Shown here in pieces: positions 47,171 to 56,912 of a DNA stretch of 64,000 nt. The stretch comes from Longimicrobiales bacterium (GTDB lineage: Bacteria > Gemmatimonadota > Gemmatimonadetes > Longimicrobiales > Gaopeijiaceae): the NCBI GenBank assembly GCA_965202985.1, contig CBDBCF010000002.1:864001-928000 (forward strand), given 5' to 3'. Every line of letters starts with the position of its first letter. Within the stretch, counting starts at the first letter, position 1. Below the pieces are notes generated by a model. It was not told the origin of the DNA and did not search any database. It saw only the letters and a list, made by a program, of their open reading frames with translations. The position numbers were made by a program, and so were the translations under genes.

Positions 47171-48421
47171 GTGCTGGACAGACTGACCGTCCGAAGCTTC
47201 AAGTCGCTCGCCGACGTCGCGGTCGACCTCCCTCGCTTTGCTGTCCTCTTCGGCCCCAACGCCACAGGCAAGAGCAACCTGCTGGACGCCGTTCAAGCCC
47301 TTTCTTGGATCGCGTGGTCACCCACGCTGTCCGATGCATTGCGAGGGCCGTTTCCAGTTCGGGGTCGTTCCGTGGAGGCGTTTTCCTTCGGGAAGGGAGG
47401 ACTTCCTGCGCTGCTGCGCCAGCCTTCGGCCCACTTCTCCCTGGAGGCCGACATCAGCACCAAGGAAGCGCGTTACCGATACCGCATTCGGCCGTCCATG
47501 AACTTCCGGTCGGGCGAGCTCGGCGTTTCCGACGAGTACCTGGCACGCCTCCGGTCGACGGGTTCGGTCGTGGGCACGCCCGCGATCGAGGCTGCCGACA
47601 ACGCTATCCACGTTCGACGGAAGGGAAGCTCCAGTCGTGGACGTCCTCGGAAGGAACGACTTGGCCTCAACCACTCCGTCCTCTCCGACCGCAGCCTCAG
47701 CGGCAACGGGTACTCCTGGCTCGATCACGTCCGAGACGAGTTCGCCAGCTGGCGTACGCATCACTTCGAACCCCGTCTTGTCATGAGGCAGGACGAGTCG
47801 CCCATGGACGTGACGGAGATCGGCATACACGGCCACACCTTGGCTGCATTCCTCTACAAGCTCAAGGCAACACAACCGGAGTCGTTCAGGGCGATTGTCC
47901 GCGTTATGCGAACAATCGTGCCCGGCGTGGAGAATCTCGACGTCGCCTTGGACGAGCGTCGGGGAATTCTGGACCTGCAGATACGGCAGGACGGCACGAA
48001 CTATTCGTCACGGGTTCTGTCGGAGGGAACGCTGCGGCTCCTTGCCATGTGCGCAATCGCCGTCAATCCGTGGGCAGGGTCCCTGGTCGCGCTGGAAGAA
48101 CCCGAGAACGGCGTCCATCCGAGACGGATCGAGTTCATTGCCCGCCTCTTGGTGTCCCTGTCGGAGCGCGAAGGGCGACAGGTGATCGTCACTACCCACT
48201 CGCCCCTCTTTGTCGACGCTGTCTTGAAGATGCGCAACGAGGCCGAAGTCGAAGGCGTCGGGCTGTTCAACGTCCGGTTGTCCGAGGGCGGAACGTTGAT
48301 CGAGCCGTTCGACGCAAGCGGTCCGCTTCTCCAGGACGAGGAGATCGTCAGGGCGCTGGAGTCGCCCGCCGAGGACGCGATCTTTCAGAACTTGGTTCTT
48401 CGCGGCCTCGTGGACGAGTGA
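47171..48421 (+). CDS. ABC-type/AAA_21-like ATPase
   Basis: VRSFKSL, GPNATGKSN (Walker A), LSEGTLR (signature), ALEEPENGVHP (Walker B/D-loop), VTTHSP (H-loop). Confidence 0.92.
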   Translation: MLDRLTVRSFKSLADVAVDLPRFAVLFGPNATGKSNLLDAVQALSWIAWSPTLSDALRGPFPVRGRSVEAFSFGKGGLPALLRQPSAHFSLEADISTKEARYRYRIRPSMNFRSGELGVSDEYLARLRSTGSVVGTPAIEAADNAIHVRRKGSSSRGRPRKERLGLNHSVLSDRSLSGNGYSWLDHVRDEFASWRTHHFEPRLVMRQDESPMDVTEIGIHGHTLAAFLYKLKATQPESFRAIVRVMRTIVPGVENLDVALDERRGILDLQIRQDGTNYSSRVLSEGTLRLLAMCAIAVNPWAGSLVALEEPENGVHPRRIEFIARLLVSLSEREGRQVIVTTHSPLFVDAVLKMRNEAEVEGVGLFNVRLSEGGTLIEPFDASGPLLQDEEIVRALESPAEDAIFQNLVLRGLVDE

Positions 48422-48422
48422 C

Positions 48423-49025
48423 GTGGGCAAGAAGGTCGTTGCCGACCTCTTCTGTGAAGACAGTGCGCACGAAGCACTTTTGAAGCCGTTGGTCCTGCGC
48501 GTCGGCCGAGAGGAAAACGCCGATACGCTAGTGCGCGTTCGGGCGGCCAGGGGCGGTCATCCGCGGGCCCTGAAAGAATTTCATCTCTACCAGCGTACCG
48601 CTCTTCGCATGGAGGGTCCGGTTGCGGACGTCCTGATCGTCGCAATCGACGGCAACTGCTCGTCGTTCGGGACCGCACGAAAACGAGTTGTTGATGCAAC
48701 CCGCATGGCGAATCGGGACCGATTGGTCGTGGCGTCCCCAGACCCCCACATCGAACGCTGGTATCTGTCGGACCCGAAGGCGGTTGTCGCGGTGACGGGG
48801 CATGATCCCGGAAGCCTGCGTGGAAAGTGCGAACGGCACTACTACAAGAACAAGCTTCGAGAGACTATTCGTGCCGGCGGCAATCCACCCACGCTCGGGG
48901 GTCTGGAGATCGCCGAAGACCTGGTCAGTGAGATGGACCTGTACAGGGCCGGGAAGAACGACTCGTCGCTCGGGGCCTTTGTCGACGACCTGAGGACAAA
49001 GTATCGTCAGGTGCCGTATGGTTGA
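48423..49025 (+). CDS. DUF4276-like TOPRIM-fold protein, partner of the ATPase
   Basis: LFCED, LIVAIDGN, HIERWYLSD, SLGAF; starts 1 bp after the ATPase stop. Confidence 0.7.
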   Translation: MGKKVVADLFCEDSAHEALLKPLVLRVGREENADTLVRVRAARGGHPRALKEFHLYQRTALRMEGPVADVLIVAIDGNCSSFGTARKRVVDATRMANRDRLVVASPDPHIERWYLSDPKAVVAVTGHDPGSLRGKCERHYYKNKLRETIRAGGNPPTLGGLEIAEDLVSEMDLYRAGKNDSSLGAFVDDLRTKYRQVPYG

Positions 49026-49089
49026 TGCGGATACGTGCAGCCTTCCCGGACAAGGAGGAGTCCGTGGTTGCCGCGTCGGGTCTGCCAAC

Positions 49090-50171
49090 ATGATCCGACT
49101 GTTCGCGCTATTGTTGGCACTCGTTCCCGGGCGCGCCGTGGCGTTCCAGGCCGCCGGTCACGAGGGCGAAACGGACGCGGACACGACGTTCTTGGAGATC
49201 GGAGTTCTGGACGGCGATCGCGCCCGCACCTTCAGGCTGATCGAAGACGTCGATGTCGATTCCGACGGCAACATCGTAGTGCTCGACCGCCGGAGTTACA
49301 CCGTTTCGTGGTTCTCCCCGGATGGACGTTTTCTCGGGGTTGTCGGCCGCGAGGGCGGCGGCCCGGAGGAATTCCGAGAACCGGAAGGCATGGCCATCGG
49401 ACCGAACGACCATGTCTATGTGCTGGACGCGCCCGAGCGTCGTGTCCTTGTCTTCGCTTTGTCCGACGATAGACCCGGCGCCGTCCGCACTCTTTCCGTC
49501 GTTCCCGTCTTCGCTGCCGACATCTGCATTCGCGGTCGTGGTTCCGATGCCCAAGTCGTGCTGCTGGGTCAAGTGCCGCCCGTGACTCGAGCCTCCCCCC
49601 TGGTCCACGTGTTCTCTCTCGACGGCGACAGAGTCTCCTCGTTTGGGCCGCCCGCGCAAGAACCACTCGACCCGACCTTGCCTGTCGCGATGCGGAGCAC
49701 CCTGGAACACATCAACAACCGCGGACACTTGTCGTGTGCATCGACGCGCGTAGCGATCACGAGCGAACGATTGGGCGTCGTGCGAGCGTATTCTGCTCTG
49801 GGCGACCTCGAACGGCAGATTCGAGTTGACGATTTCGTGCCGGTCAAATGGACGATCGAAGGTCGCAGAGTGCGTATGGGAATGGACCCGAGATGGATCG
49901 CGCCAACACGATCCGCGCCGTCGCCGCTCTTTCGGACGAGGCCGTCCTTCTGACGCTTCACGAGGCGTCTTCGACGGATTGGAGCGGCCGCCATTCGTTG
50001 ATTGTCGCCAACTTGGAGAACGGCGAGCACTCGGCGTCGCATCCGGCGGGATTGATTGCGACCAAGATCGCGGGTGGTCGGTTGTACGGCTACGTCAACG
50101 ACCCGTTTCCGAGAGTGGTCGTTCGCAACGTCCCGGCCTGGCTGTCCGCTGCCGCATCCGAAGCACGGTGA
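49090..50171 (+). pseudogene. 6-bladed beta-propeller with a frameshift at ~49890
   Basis: Signal MIRLFALLLAL; DVDSDGNIVVLD, VGREGGGPEEF; C-terminus (…LYGYVNDPFPRVVV) continues in the 49848..50171 frame. Confidence 0.7.
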
Positions 50172-50259
50172 GGATCGCGGCCCGACCCCGCGAGCCGGGG
50201 CGCCCGCCAACTCCATCCGGCAGACGCCCCGCCCGCGGTCTACGGCTGCTTGGCGCCGG

Positions 50260-50808
50260 CTACCCGAACCTGACCGCAGGTCTCTCGGGCGTCGAGGCCG
50301 CGACCTGCTTGGCTCCCGGATCGTCGTCGCGGTCGTCCTCGTCCTCCTCCACCTCCGGCGACGGCGGGCAGTAGGCGCGCCAGGCCGTTGCAACCGGAGT
50401 CGGCCCTTGGAGGACGAACGAGCCGCCGCTCCGGCAGACGTCCTCCTGCAGCGCCCTGGCCATGCACTGCCGGAAGGCGTCGAGTTCGCCCCGGTTGCTG
50501 GGGTTCCCTATGGCGCACACGGCCTGGGCGGATTCGGGTCCGTCCTCGGGAACCGCCGAGCCCGGGTCCAGCTTGCCGACCCGGAAGGACCGGTCGCTGG
50601 CGCCGGCGAAGGTGACCGTGACCGGGCTGCCCAGCGCTTCGGCGGCCGCGAAGATCGACGTCCACGGGTTGTCCGTGGCGGGCTCGGGAGTCTCGGGGGT
50701 CCGCTCCGCGAGCTGCGTGGGCGAGCGGTCGTCCCCGCAGGCGGCGACCAGGATGGTCAGCGCCAGCGCGGCGAAGGCCGCCCGTCCGATGGTGGTGATG
50801 CGTCTCAT
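50260..50808 (-). CDS. Hypothetical lipoprotein
   Basis: CAGGAG RBS; lipobox LVAAC; four further Cys; acidic tail. Confidence 0.7.
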   Translation of the reverse strand: MRRITTIGRAAFAALALTILVAACGDDRSPTQLAERTPETPEPATDNPWTSIFAAAEALGSPVTVTFAGASDRSFRVGKLDPGSAVPEDGPESAQAVCAIGNPSNRGELDAFRQCMARALQEDVCRSGGSFVLQGPTPVATAWRAYCPPSPEVEEDEDDRDDDPGAKQVAASTPERPAVRFG

Positions 50809-50974
50809 GAGTTGCTCCTGGCGAAGTCCGGCCGCTTCGCCCGCCCTCCCTGGCGAGCCCGCGCTCCGGTGTGTGCCAGTGGATACTCCAGAAATCGAGA
50901 TTTGTTCCATTTGGCCCGAAGAGGGGTTCCGAGCGACTTGCCCGGAAACCGGCCCGTGCGCGTTCAGACCGTGG

Positions 50975-51175
50975 TCAGTCGTCTTCGCGACGGGGCCAGA
51001 AACGCAACACCAGCGCCGCCGCCAACGCGGTCATGCCCGCCCAGACCGGCCACGCCTGGTCCAGCGCCATGCCGGCGAACGCCAAGCCGGCGCCGACCAC
51101 GAACAAGCGGATCTTCCACATGAGGAAGCGGTCGTTCTTGCCGGTGTTCTTGCGGGAGGGCCGAAACACGGTCAA
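50975..51175 (-). CDS. Small two-TM membrane protein (start uncertain)
   Basis: KIRLFVVGAGLAFAGMAL...WAGMTALAAALVLRF; coupled to the upstream gene. Confidence 0.55.
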   Translation of the reverse strand: MTVFRPSRKNTGKNDRFLMWKIRLFVVGAGLAFAGMALDQAWPVWAGMTALAAALVLRFWPRREDD

Positions 51176-51936
51176 CGCTTCAGGAATCGGGCGACGCCCA
51201 TTCGGCACTCGTCGGAGAGGCGGGCCAAGGCGTTGACCTCGGCGCCGCGGGCCACGGCCTCCTCGAACGACGCGCCGTCCAGGCCGTAGAGCAGGCGCTT
51301 GGTCAGGGCGACGGCGCCCGGGGGCCGCGCGGCCAGCTCCGACAGGTACTCGCGGACGGTGGACTCGAAGGTGTCGGCGCGGAGCACGCGGTTGGCCAAG
51401 CCGGACGAGGCTGCCTCGGCGGCGCCGATCGAACGGCCGCCCACTGCCAGTTCGAAGGCGGTCGATTCGCCGGTCTTCCTTCGGAGCACGGCCATGACCA
51501 TGGCAGGCACGAAGCCCAGGTGCACCTCCGGGTAGCCGAAGGTCGCGTCCTCGTGCGCCAAGACCAGGTCGCAGGCGGACGCCAGCCCGCAACCTCCCCC
51601 GAGGGCGCGGCCGTGCACGACGGCGACGACCGGCTTGGGCAGGCGACGGATCGCCACGAACAGGTCGCCCAGCCGCTGGGCCTCCGCCAAGCCCGTCTCC
51701 GGACCCTTGGTCTGGGACTCGGCCACCTCCGCCAAGTCCGCGCCCGCGCAGAAGTCGTCTCCGGCCCCTTGCAACGCCACCACGCGTGCTGCGGAGTCGC
51801 CGGCAAGTCGGTCGAGCTCTCGGTGCAGCGTCTCGACCATGGCGGCGTTCAAGGCGTTCCGCTTGCGGGGCCGATTCAGCGTCAGCCGCGTCACGCCGTC
51901 CGTCGCCTGGGCCAGGACCAGCGGTTGCGAGGTCAT
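51172..51936 (-). CDS. Enoyl-CoA hydratase/isomerase (methylglutaconyl-CoA hydratase-like)
   Basis: LNRPRKRNAL, FCAGADL, GRALGGGCGL, GYPEVHLG. Confidence 0.92.
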   Translation of the reverse strand: MTSQPLVLAQATDGVTRLTLNRPRKRNALNAAMVETLHRELDRLAGDSAARVVALQGAGDDFCAGADLAEVAESQTKGPETGLAEAQRLGDLFVAIRRLPKPVVAVVHGRALGGGCGLASACDLVLAHEDATFGYPEVHLGFVPAMVMAVLRRKTGESTAFELAVGGRSIGAAEAASSGLANRVLRADTFESTVREYLSELAARPPGAVALTKRLLYGLDGASFEEAVARGAEVNALARLSDECRMGVARFLKR

Positions 51937-52304
51937 CGGTTGTCGTCCGGACGGCGGCCTCTGCCGCGCACGCGCTTCGCCACGCTCTCCGGCACTTCCA
52001 GGGTTATGCGCAACATGGCGGTGCTGAAGACCTTGCCCTGGGCGTCCGTCATGAGCGACACGGTGCCGCCTCCGTCCAGCGCGCCGTGGAGCAGGAAGTT
52101 CAGCGCGTGAAGGTTGGGAAGCTCGTAGCGCACTACTTCGCCTTCGACGATGGGACCGAAGTGGGCCTTCACGCGGTCGGCGGTCAGCTGCTCCACCAGC
52201 AGGGCATAGTCCTCTTCGTCGTAGGCGACCACCCCCACGTTGGCCGTGTTCCCCTTGTCTCCCGAACGCGCGTGGGCCAGTTCCAGCAGCGGGACTCGGA
52301 TCAT
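51933..52304 (-). CDS. AtuA C-terminal-domain-like small protein
   Basis: AHARSGDKG, RYELPNLHALNF, LDGGG...DAQGK. Confidence 0.88.
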   Translation of the reverse strand: MIRVPLLELAHARSGDKGNTANVGVVAYDEEDYALLVEQLTADRVKAHFGPIVEGEVVRYELPNLHALNFLLHGALDGGGTVSLMTDAQGKVFSTAMLRITLEVPESVAKRVRGRGRRPDDNR

Positions 52305-52317
52305 CCGTCCACTCGGG

Positions 52318-53772
52318 TCATGCGCCCACGAACTCCACGGCGAAGCCGAGCTCCACGGCGCGGCGGTCGATCAGGGCGGGCCAGTAGGCCATGATCTCCT
52401 GGACGGCGGGGCGGCCTCCGGCGAACCCGGTCACCGAAGGCGGGCCGGTCAGCACGAGGGGCGCGATCTCGCGGGAGAAGCGCTCAACGGCGCCCCGCTC
52501 CCGGCTCCGCACGCCGACCCGCAACTGCACTTCGGGCAGGTCGGGGGGCGGCTTGCCGGCCAAGTGGCCGTGCGTGGCGTCCCAGCCCACGAGTTCGACG
52601 AGCACCTTGTCGAAGGCCAGGCCCAGGCGGTCCAGGCGCTCTTGAAGGATGCGCGCCGCGGCTTGGGCCTTCGCCGCCGCGTCTGGCCAGGCGTACACCA
52701 GGGCGCCCACGGCCTTGTAGCCCGCCGAGTAGGCCACGGACACCTTGAGGAAGGGGGTCGGCGGCCCTCCCTCGACGCCGCTTACCCGAACCCGGTCGGG
52801 GGCCTCCTGGGACAGCCGTACTGTGGTGAAGTCGGCGGTGGCGTCGGGGGTCACGTATTGGCGGGGGTCGCCCAGTTCGTACAGCAGCTGCTCCTTGACG
52901 GTGCGAAGGTTCACCGCGCCGCCGCTGCCGGGGTGCTTCGCGATCGCGAAGTCGCCTCCGGGCGCGGCCTCCACGATGGGGAAGCCCACGCGGGCCATGT
53001 CGGGCAGTTTCCACCACTCCGCCGAGCAGTTGCCGCCGCTGGCCTGGGCGCCGCACTCGTTCAGGTGGCCGGCCACGATCCCGCCCGCCAACAGGTCCCA
53101 GGCGTCCCAGCGCCAGCCGAACTCGTGGACCATGGGGGCGTAGGTAAGGGCCGTGTCGGTGGAGCGGCCGGTCACGACCACGCGGGCGCCGCCGGCCAGC
53201 GCCTTCACGATCGGTCGGGCGCCCATGTAGACGTTGGCGGCGCGGACCCGGTCGCGAACGGCCTCCAACGGCTCGCCGGTCTCCATGTGGGCCAGCGCGT
53301 GTCCCGCGGCCGCCAAGTCGTCCAAGCGAGACAAGATGTCGTCGCCCTCCACGACGCCGATCCGAACCCGTCCTTCCAAGCCGGCCCCGCGGCCCGCTTC
53401 GGCCACGGCTCGGGCGCACTCGCGGGGGTTCACGCCGCCGGCGTTGGTCACCACGGCGATGCCGCGCTCCACGCACGCGGGGAAGATGCGCTCCATGAGC
53501 GGCACGAAGTCGCGGGCGTACCCTGCGGAGGGGTCCCGCGCGCGCTGCTTCTGCATGATCGACATCGTGACTTCGGCCAAGTAGTCCAGCACCAAGTAGT
53601 CGATCAGCCCGCCCTCCACTTGCCGGACGGGGGCCTCCAGGTCGTCGCCCCAGAACCCCTGGCCGCTGGCGATGCGCACGACGCGCCCGCCGGGCTGCCC
53701 CGCGTGCGCGCCTAGTCGTACCGGGTGCTCGCCGGACGGCCTCGAGTGCCCGCCGTGCCGTCCCCGGCTCAC
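52318..53772 (-). CDS. Acyclic terpene utilization AtuA family (DUF1446) protein
   Basis: GFWGD, DYLAEVTM, TNAGGVNP, ANVYMGA, GHLNECG, EQLLYE...YVTPD. Confidence 0.9.
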   Translation of the reverse strand: MSRGRHGGHSRPSGEHPVRLGAHAGQPGGRVVRIASGQGFWGDDLEAPVRQVEGGLIDYLVLDYLAEVTMSIMQKQRARDPSAGYARDFVPLMERIFPACVERGIAVVTNAGGVNPRECARAVAEAGRGAGLEGRVRIGVVEGDDILSRLDDLAAAGHALAHMETGEPLEAVRDRVRAANVYMGARPIVKALAGGARVVVTGRSTDTALTYAPMVHEFGWRWDAWDLLAGGIVAGHLNECGAQASGGNCSAEWWKLPDMARVGFPIVEAAPGGDFAIAKHPGSGGAVNLRTVKEQLLYELGDPRQYVTPDATADFTTVRLSQEAPDRVRVSGVEGGPPTPFLKVSVAYSAGYKAVGALVYAWPDAAAKAQAAARILQERLDRLGLAFDKVLVELVGWDATHGHLAGKPPPDLPEVQLRVGVRSRERGAVERFSREIAPLVLTGPPSVTGFAGGRPAVQEIMAYWPALIDRRAVELGFAVEFVGA

Positions 53773-55403
53773 GGTCCCGCCTCCGGGGCGCGCCCGAACG
53801 GACCCAGCCGGGGGCCGGGGTTGTTGAGGGCGGCGCGAAGCAGCAGGCCGAGCACATCGCGCAGTTCTTCGGGAAGCACCACGGCGTCCACGAACCCTCG
53901 GGCGGCTGCGAACAGCGCGTTGAGTTGGCGGTCGTAGTCGGCGCGGACCTCGTCCATGCGGGTGGACAGGTCTTCGTCCGGGAGTTGGCCGGCGGCCTTC
54001 AGGCGGTCCAGCTCGCGCCCGAAGAGTGCGGTGACGGCGCTTTCGCCCTCCATGACGCCCATTCGGCCGGTGGGCAGGGACACGATGAAGTCCGGGTCGA
54101 ACCCCTGCCCCGCCATGGCGTAGTAGCCGGCGCCCGAGGCGTGGTTCACGGTCAGCACCAGCTTGGGCACGACGGCGGTGGCCATCGCCTCCACGAAGCG
54201 CGCGCCCGCCCGGATGATGCCGCTGTGCTCCGCCTCCGGGCCGACCATGAACCCGGACACGTCCTGGACGAAGAGCAGCGGCAGGCCCTGGCGGTTCATG
54301 GCGTCGACGAAGTACGCCGTCTTCTCCGCGGATTCGGCGTAGACGATGCCGCCCAGACGAGGCGGAGCGGACCGGTCGGCCCCCGCCCCGGTCACCATGC
54401 CCCGCCGGTTGGCGACGACGCCCACTGGGACCCCGTCCAGGGCGCCGGCGCCGCAGATCATCTCGCGGGCGTGTTCGGGCTGGAACTCGGCGAAGCTCCC
54501 GGCGTCCAGCACCGTGTCCAGCACCGCCTGCATGTCGTAGGGGCGGCGGTGGCCGGCGGACAAGAGGTCGTAGAGGTCCGAGGCCGGACGGGCAGCGGCT
54601 TGGACGTCCTGGGACGCTGCCTGCGCCGCTCGTCGGCCCTTTCCGCTGGCCGGCAACTGGGCGACCAGCTCTCGCAGCTTCGCAATGCACGCCTCGTCGT
54701 CGGCCGCCTTGTAGTGCGCAACGCCGCTCTGCTCGGTGTGGACGGCGGCGCCGCCCAGCGTCTCTCGGTCCACCGTCTGCCCCGTGGCGCCCTTCACCAG
54801 GTTTGGCCCTCCCAGGCCCATGAAGCTGGTCCCCTCCACCATGACGATCACGTCGGAGAGGGCGGGCAGATACGCCCCTCCGGCAATGCACGGCCCCATG
54901 ACCGCCGCGAACTGGGGCACGCGCAGATACCTTCGCATGACCGAGTTGTAGTAGAAGATGCGCGCCGCCCCGTACTGCCCCGGAAAGACGCCGCCCTGGT
55001 AGGGCAAGTTGACGCCCGCCGAATCCACCAAGTACAGGATGGGGACCCGGCAGCGCATGGCGGCTTCCTGCGCCCGCAGGATCTTCTTGATCGTCTCGGG
55101 CCACCACGATCCGGCCTTCACGGTGGCGTCGTTGGCCACCACGAGCACCTCCCGACCTGCCACGCGCCCCACGCCCGTGACCACGCCTGCGCCGGGTGCC
55201 TTCCCGTCGTACTGGTCGTGGGCCACCAGCAGCCCGATCTCCGCCCAGGGAGCGCCTTCGTCCAGGAGCAGCCGCAAGCGGTCTCGAACCGGCAGCTTCC
55301 CCTGCTTCCGTTGCCGCCGCGTCCGCTCCTCGCCGCCCCCCAAGACCAGCCGCTCCCGCAGGGCCGCGAGCTCCCTGCTCAGGCCGGCCAATCGGCCCTC
55401 CAC
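53769..55403 (-). CDS. Acyl-CoA carboxylase carboxyltransferase (beta) subunit, MCC/geranyl-CoA type
   Basis: ANDATVKAG, LVDSAG, CIAGGAY, LGGA, QDVSGFMVG, GAGYYAM. Confidence 0.93.
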   Translation of the reverse strand: MEGRLAGLSRELAALRERLVLGGGEERTRRQRKQGKLPVRDRLRLLLDEGAPWAEIGLLVAHDQYDGKAPGAGVVTGVGRVAGREVLVVANDATVKAGSWWPETIKKILRAQEAAMRCRVPILYLVDSAGVNLPYQGGVFPGQYGAARIFYYNSVMRRYLRVPQFAAVMGPCIAGGAYLPALSDVIVMVEGTSFMGLGGPNLVKGATGQTVDRETLGGAAVHTEQSGVAHYKAADDEACIAKLRELVAQLPASGKGRRAAQAASQDVQAAARPASDLYDLLSAGHRRPYDMQAVLDTVLDAGSFAEFQPEHAREMICGAGALDGVPVGVVANRRGMVTGAGADRSAPPRLGGIVYAESAEKTAYFVDAMNRQGLPLLFVQDVSGFMVGPEAEHSGIIRAGARFVEAMATAVVPKLVLTVNHASGAGYYAMAGQGFDPDFIVSLPTGRMGVMEGESAVTALFGRELDRLKAAGQLPDEDLSTRMDEVRADYDRQLNALFAAARGFVDAVVLPEELRDVLGLLLRAALNNPGPRLGPFGRAPEAGP

Positions 55404-55823
55404 CTAGTACGGGTCCTCCCGCCCGGCGAACCAGGTCTTGACGTACTCCACCGCCTCCGACGTCGTGGCCCCCGGCCCGAACAGGCGGCCCACGCCCTGC
55501 TCCGCCAGGGTCTCCGCGTCCTCGCCGGGGATGATGCCGCCGCCCGTGAGCAGGACATGCTCCAGCCCTTCGCGGTTCAGCAGCTCGCGAACGCGGGGAA
55601 AGAGGGTCATGTGGGCGCCCGACAGGACCGACATCGCCACCACGTCCACGTCTTCTTGGACGGCCGCGGCCGCGATCATCTCGGGCGTCTGGTGCAGCCC
55701 GGTGTAGATCACCTCGAGGCCGGCGTCCCGAAATGCGGCCGCCACCACCTTGGCGCCCCGGTCGTGTCCGTCCAGCCCAGGCTTCGCCACCAGCACGCGT
55801 ATCCTTCGGTCGGGTTCCTCCAT
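55404..55823 (-). CDS. Cobalamin-binding subunit, methylmalonyl-CoA mutase C-terminal type
   Basis: [29 protein letters not shown]. Confidence 0.95.
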   Translation of the reverse strand: MEEPDRRIRVLVAKPGLDGHDRGAKVVAAAFRDAGLEVIYTGLHQTPEMIAAAAVQEDVDVVAMSVLSGAHMTLFPRVRELLNREGLEHVLLTGGGIIPGEDAETLAEQGVGRLFGPGATTSEAVEYVKTWFAGREDPY

Positions 55824-56011
55824 TTGCCTAAGCTAACGCCTGCCGACCCGCGCACCGTCGGCCGCGTCGCGTCGATTGCCGTATAATTCGGGCTCACGTC
55901 GGCGGCCTTGTTCGGCCACGCCGGCGGCCCTCGCTTCCGCCTTCTCCGACGCTGACCGCTCCCGACCCCCGGCTCCTCGACCGCTACGCGCAGACGGTCG
56001 ATCCCGAACGA

Positions 56012-56902
56012 GTGCGGCGGAACGTCCCCTTGGCGCCCCGCACCACCTTTCGCATCGGCGGCCCGGCGGACCTGTACTATCGCGCCCGCACCGCCGACGA
56101 ACTGGCTCTTGCCGTGGGAGCGGCCCGCGAGATGGGCGTCCCGTGGTTCGTGCTGGGTCGCGGGGCCAACATCCTTGTCGGCGACCGCGGCTTTCGCGGA
56201 GTGGTGGTGCGCTGCGGCATCTCCACGCTGGAGTTCCAGCCCGAAGGCCGCGTGCTGGCCGGCGCCGGCCTGGACACCTTCCCCGACCTGATCGACGCCA
56301 CGGTGTCGCGCGGGCTGGGCGGCATCCACCACTTCGTGGGCATCCCCAGCACGGTCGGAGGCGCCGTTTGGCAAAACCTTCACTTCTTGTCGCCGGCCCC
56401 CGAGCGCGAACGCACGGTGTTCTGGGAAGAGGTCATGGAGGGCGCCACGATCCTGACGCCGGCGGGCGACGTGCGTCGCGTCGACACCGAGTACTTCCAG
56501 TTCGGATACGACTACAGCGTCGTCCACGACACGGGAGACCTGGTGCTGGACGTTTCCCTCCGGCTGTCGCCCGCCCCCGTGACCGAGCTGCGCCGCGTCG
56601 TCCGCGAGAACCTGGAATGGAGAGACGAGCGCCACCCGGACCTGTGGCTGTACCCCTGCGCCGGTTCCATCTTCAAGAAGATCGAGGGGATCGGCGCCGG
56701 ACGCCTGATCGACGAGTGCGGTCTCAAGGGGCACGTGCACGGGGCGGCCCAGATCTTTCGCAAGCACGCCAACATCATCGTGAACCTGGGCGGCGCCAAG
56801 GCGTCGGAAGTGCGGACGTTGATCGACTTGGCCCAAGCCACAGTGGCGCAAGAAACCGGCTACGAACTCGAGCCGGAGATCGGCTTCGTCGGCGAATTCT
56901 GA
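56012..56902 (+). CDS. murB: UDP-N-acetylmuramate dehydrogenase (true start may be slightly upstream)
   Basis: TTFRIGGPAD, LGRGAN, GIPSTVGGA, AGSIFK, KHANIIVN, LEPE. Confidence 0.93.
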   Translation: MRRNVPLAPRTTFRIGGPADLYYRARTADELALAVGAAREMGVPWFVLGRGANILVGDRGFRGVVVRCGISTLEFQPEGRVLAGAGLDTFPDLIDATVSRGLGGIHHFVGIPSTVGGAVWQNLHFLSPAPERERTVFWEEVMEGATILTPAGDVRRVDTEYFQFGYDYSVVHDTGDLVLDVSLRLSPAPVTELRRVVRENLEWRDERHPDLWLYPCAGSIFKKIEGIGAGRLIDECGLKGHVHGAAQIFRKHANIIVNLGGAKASEVRTLIDLAQATVAQETGYELEPEIGFVGEF

Positions 56903-56912
56903 CGAGGCGTCG

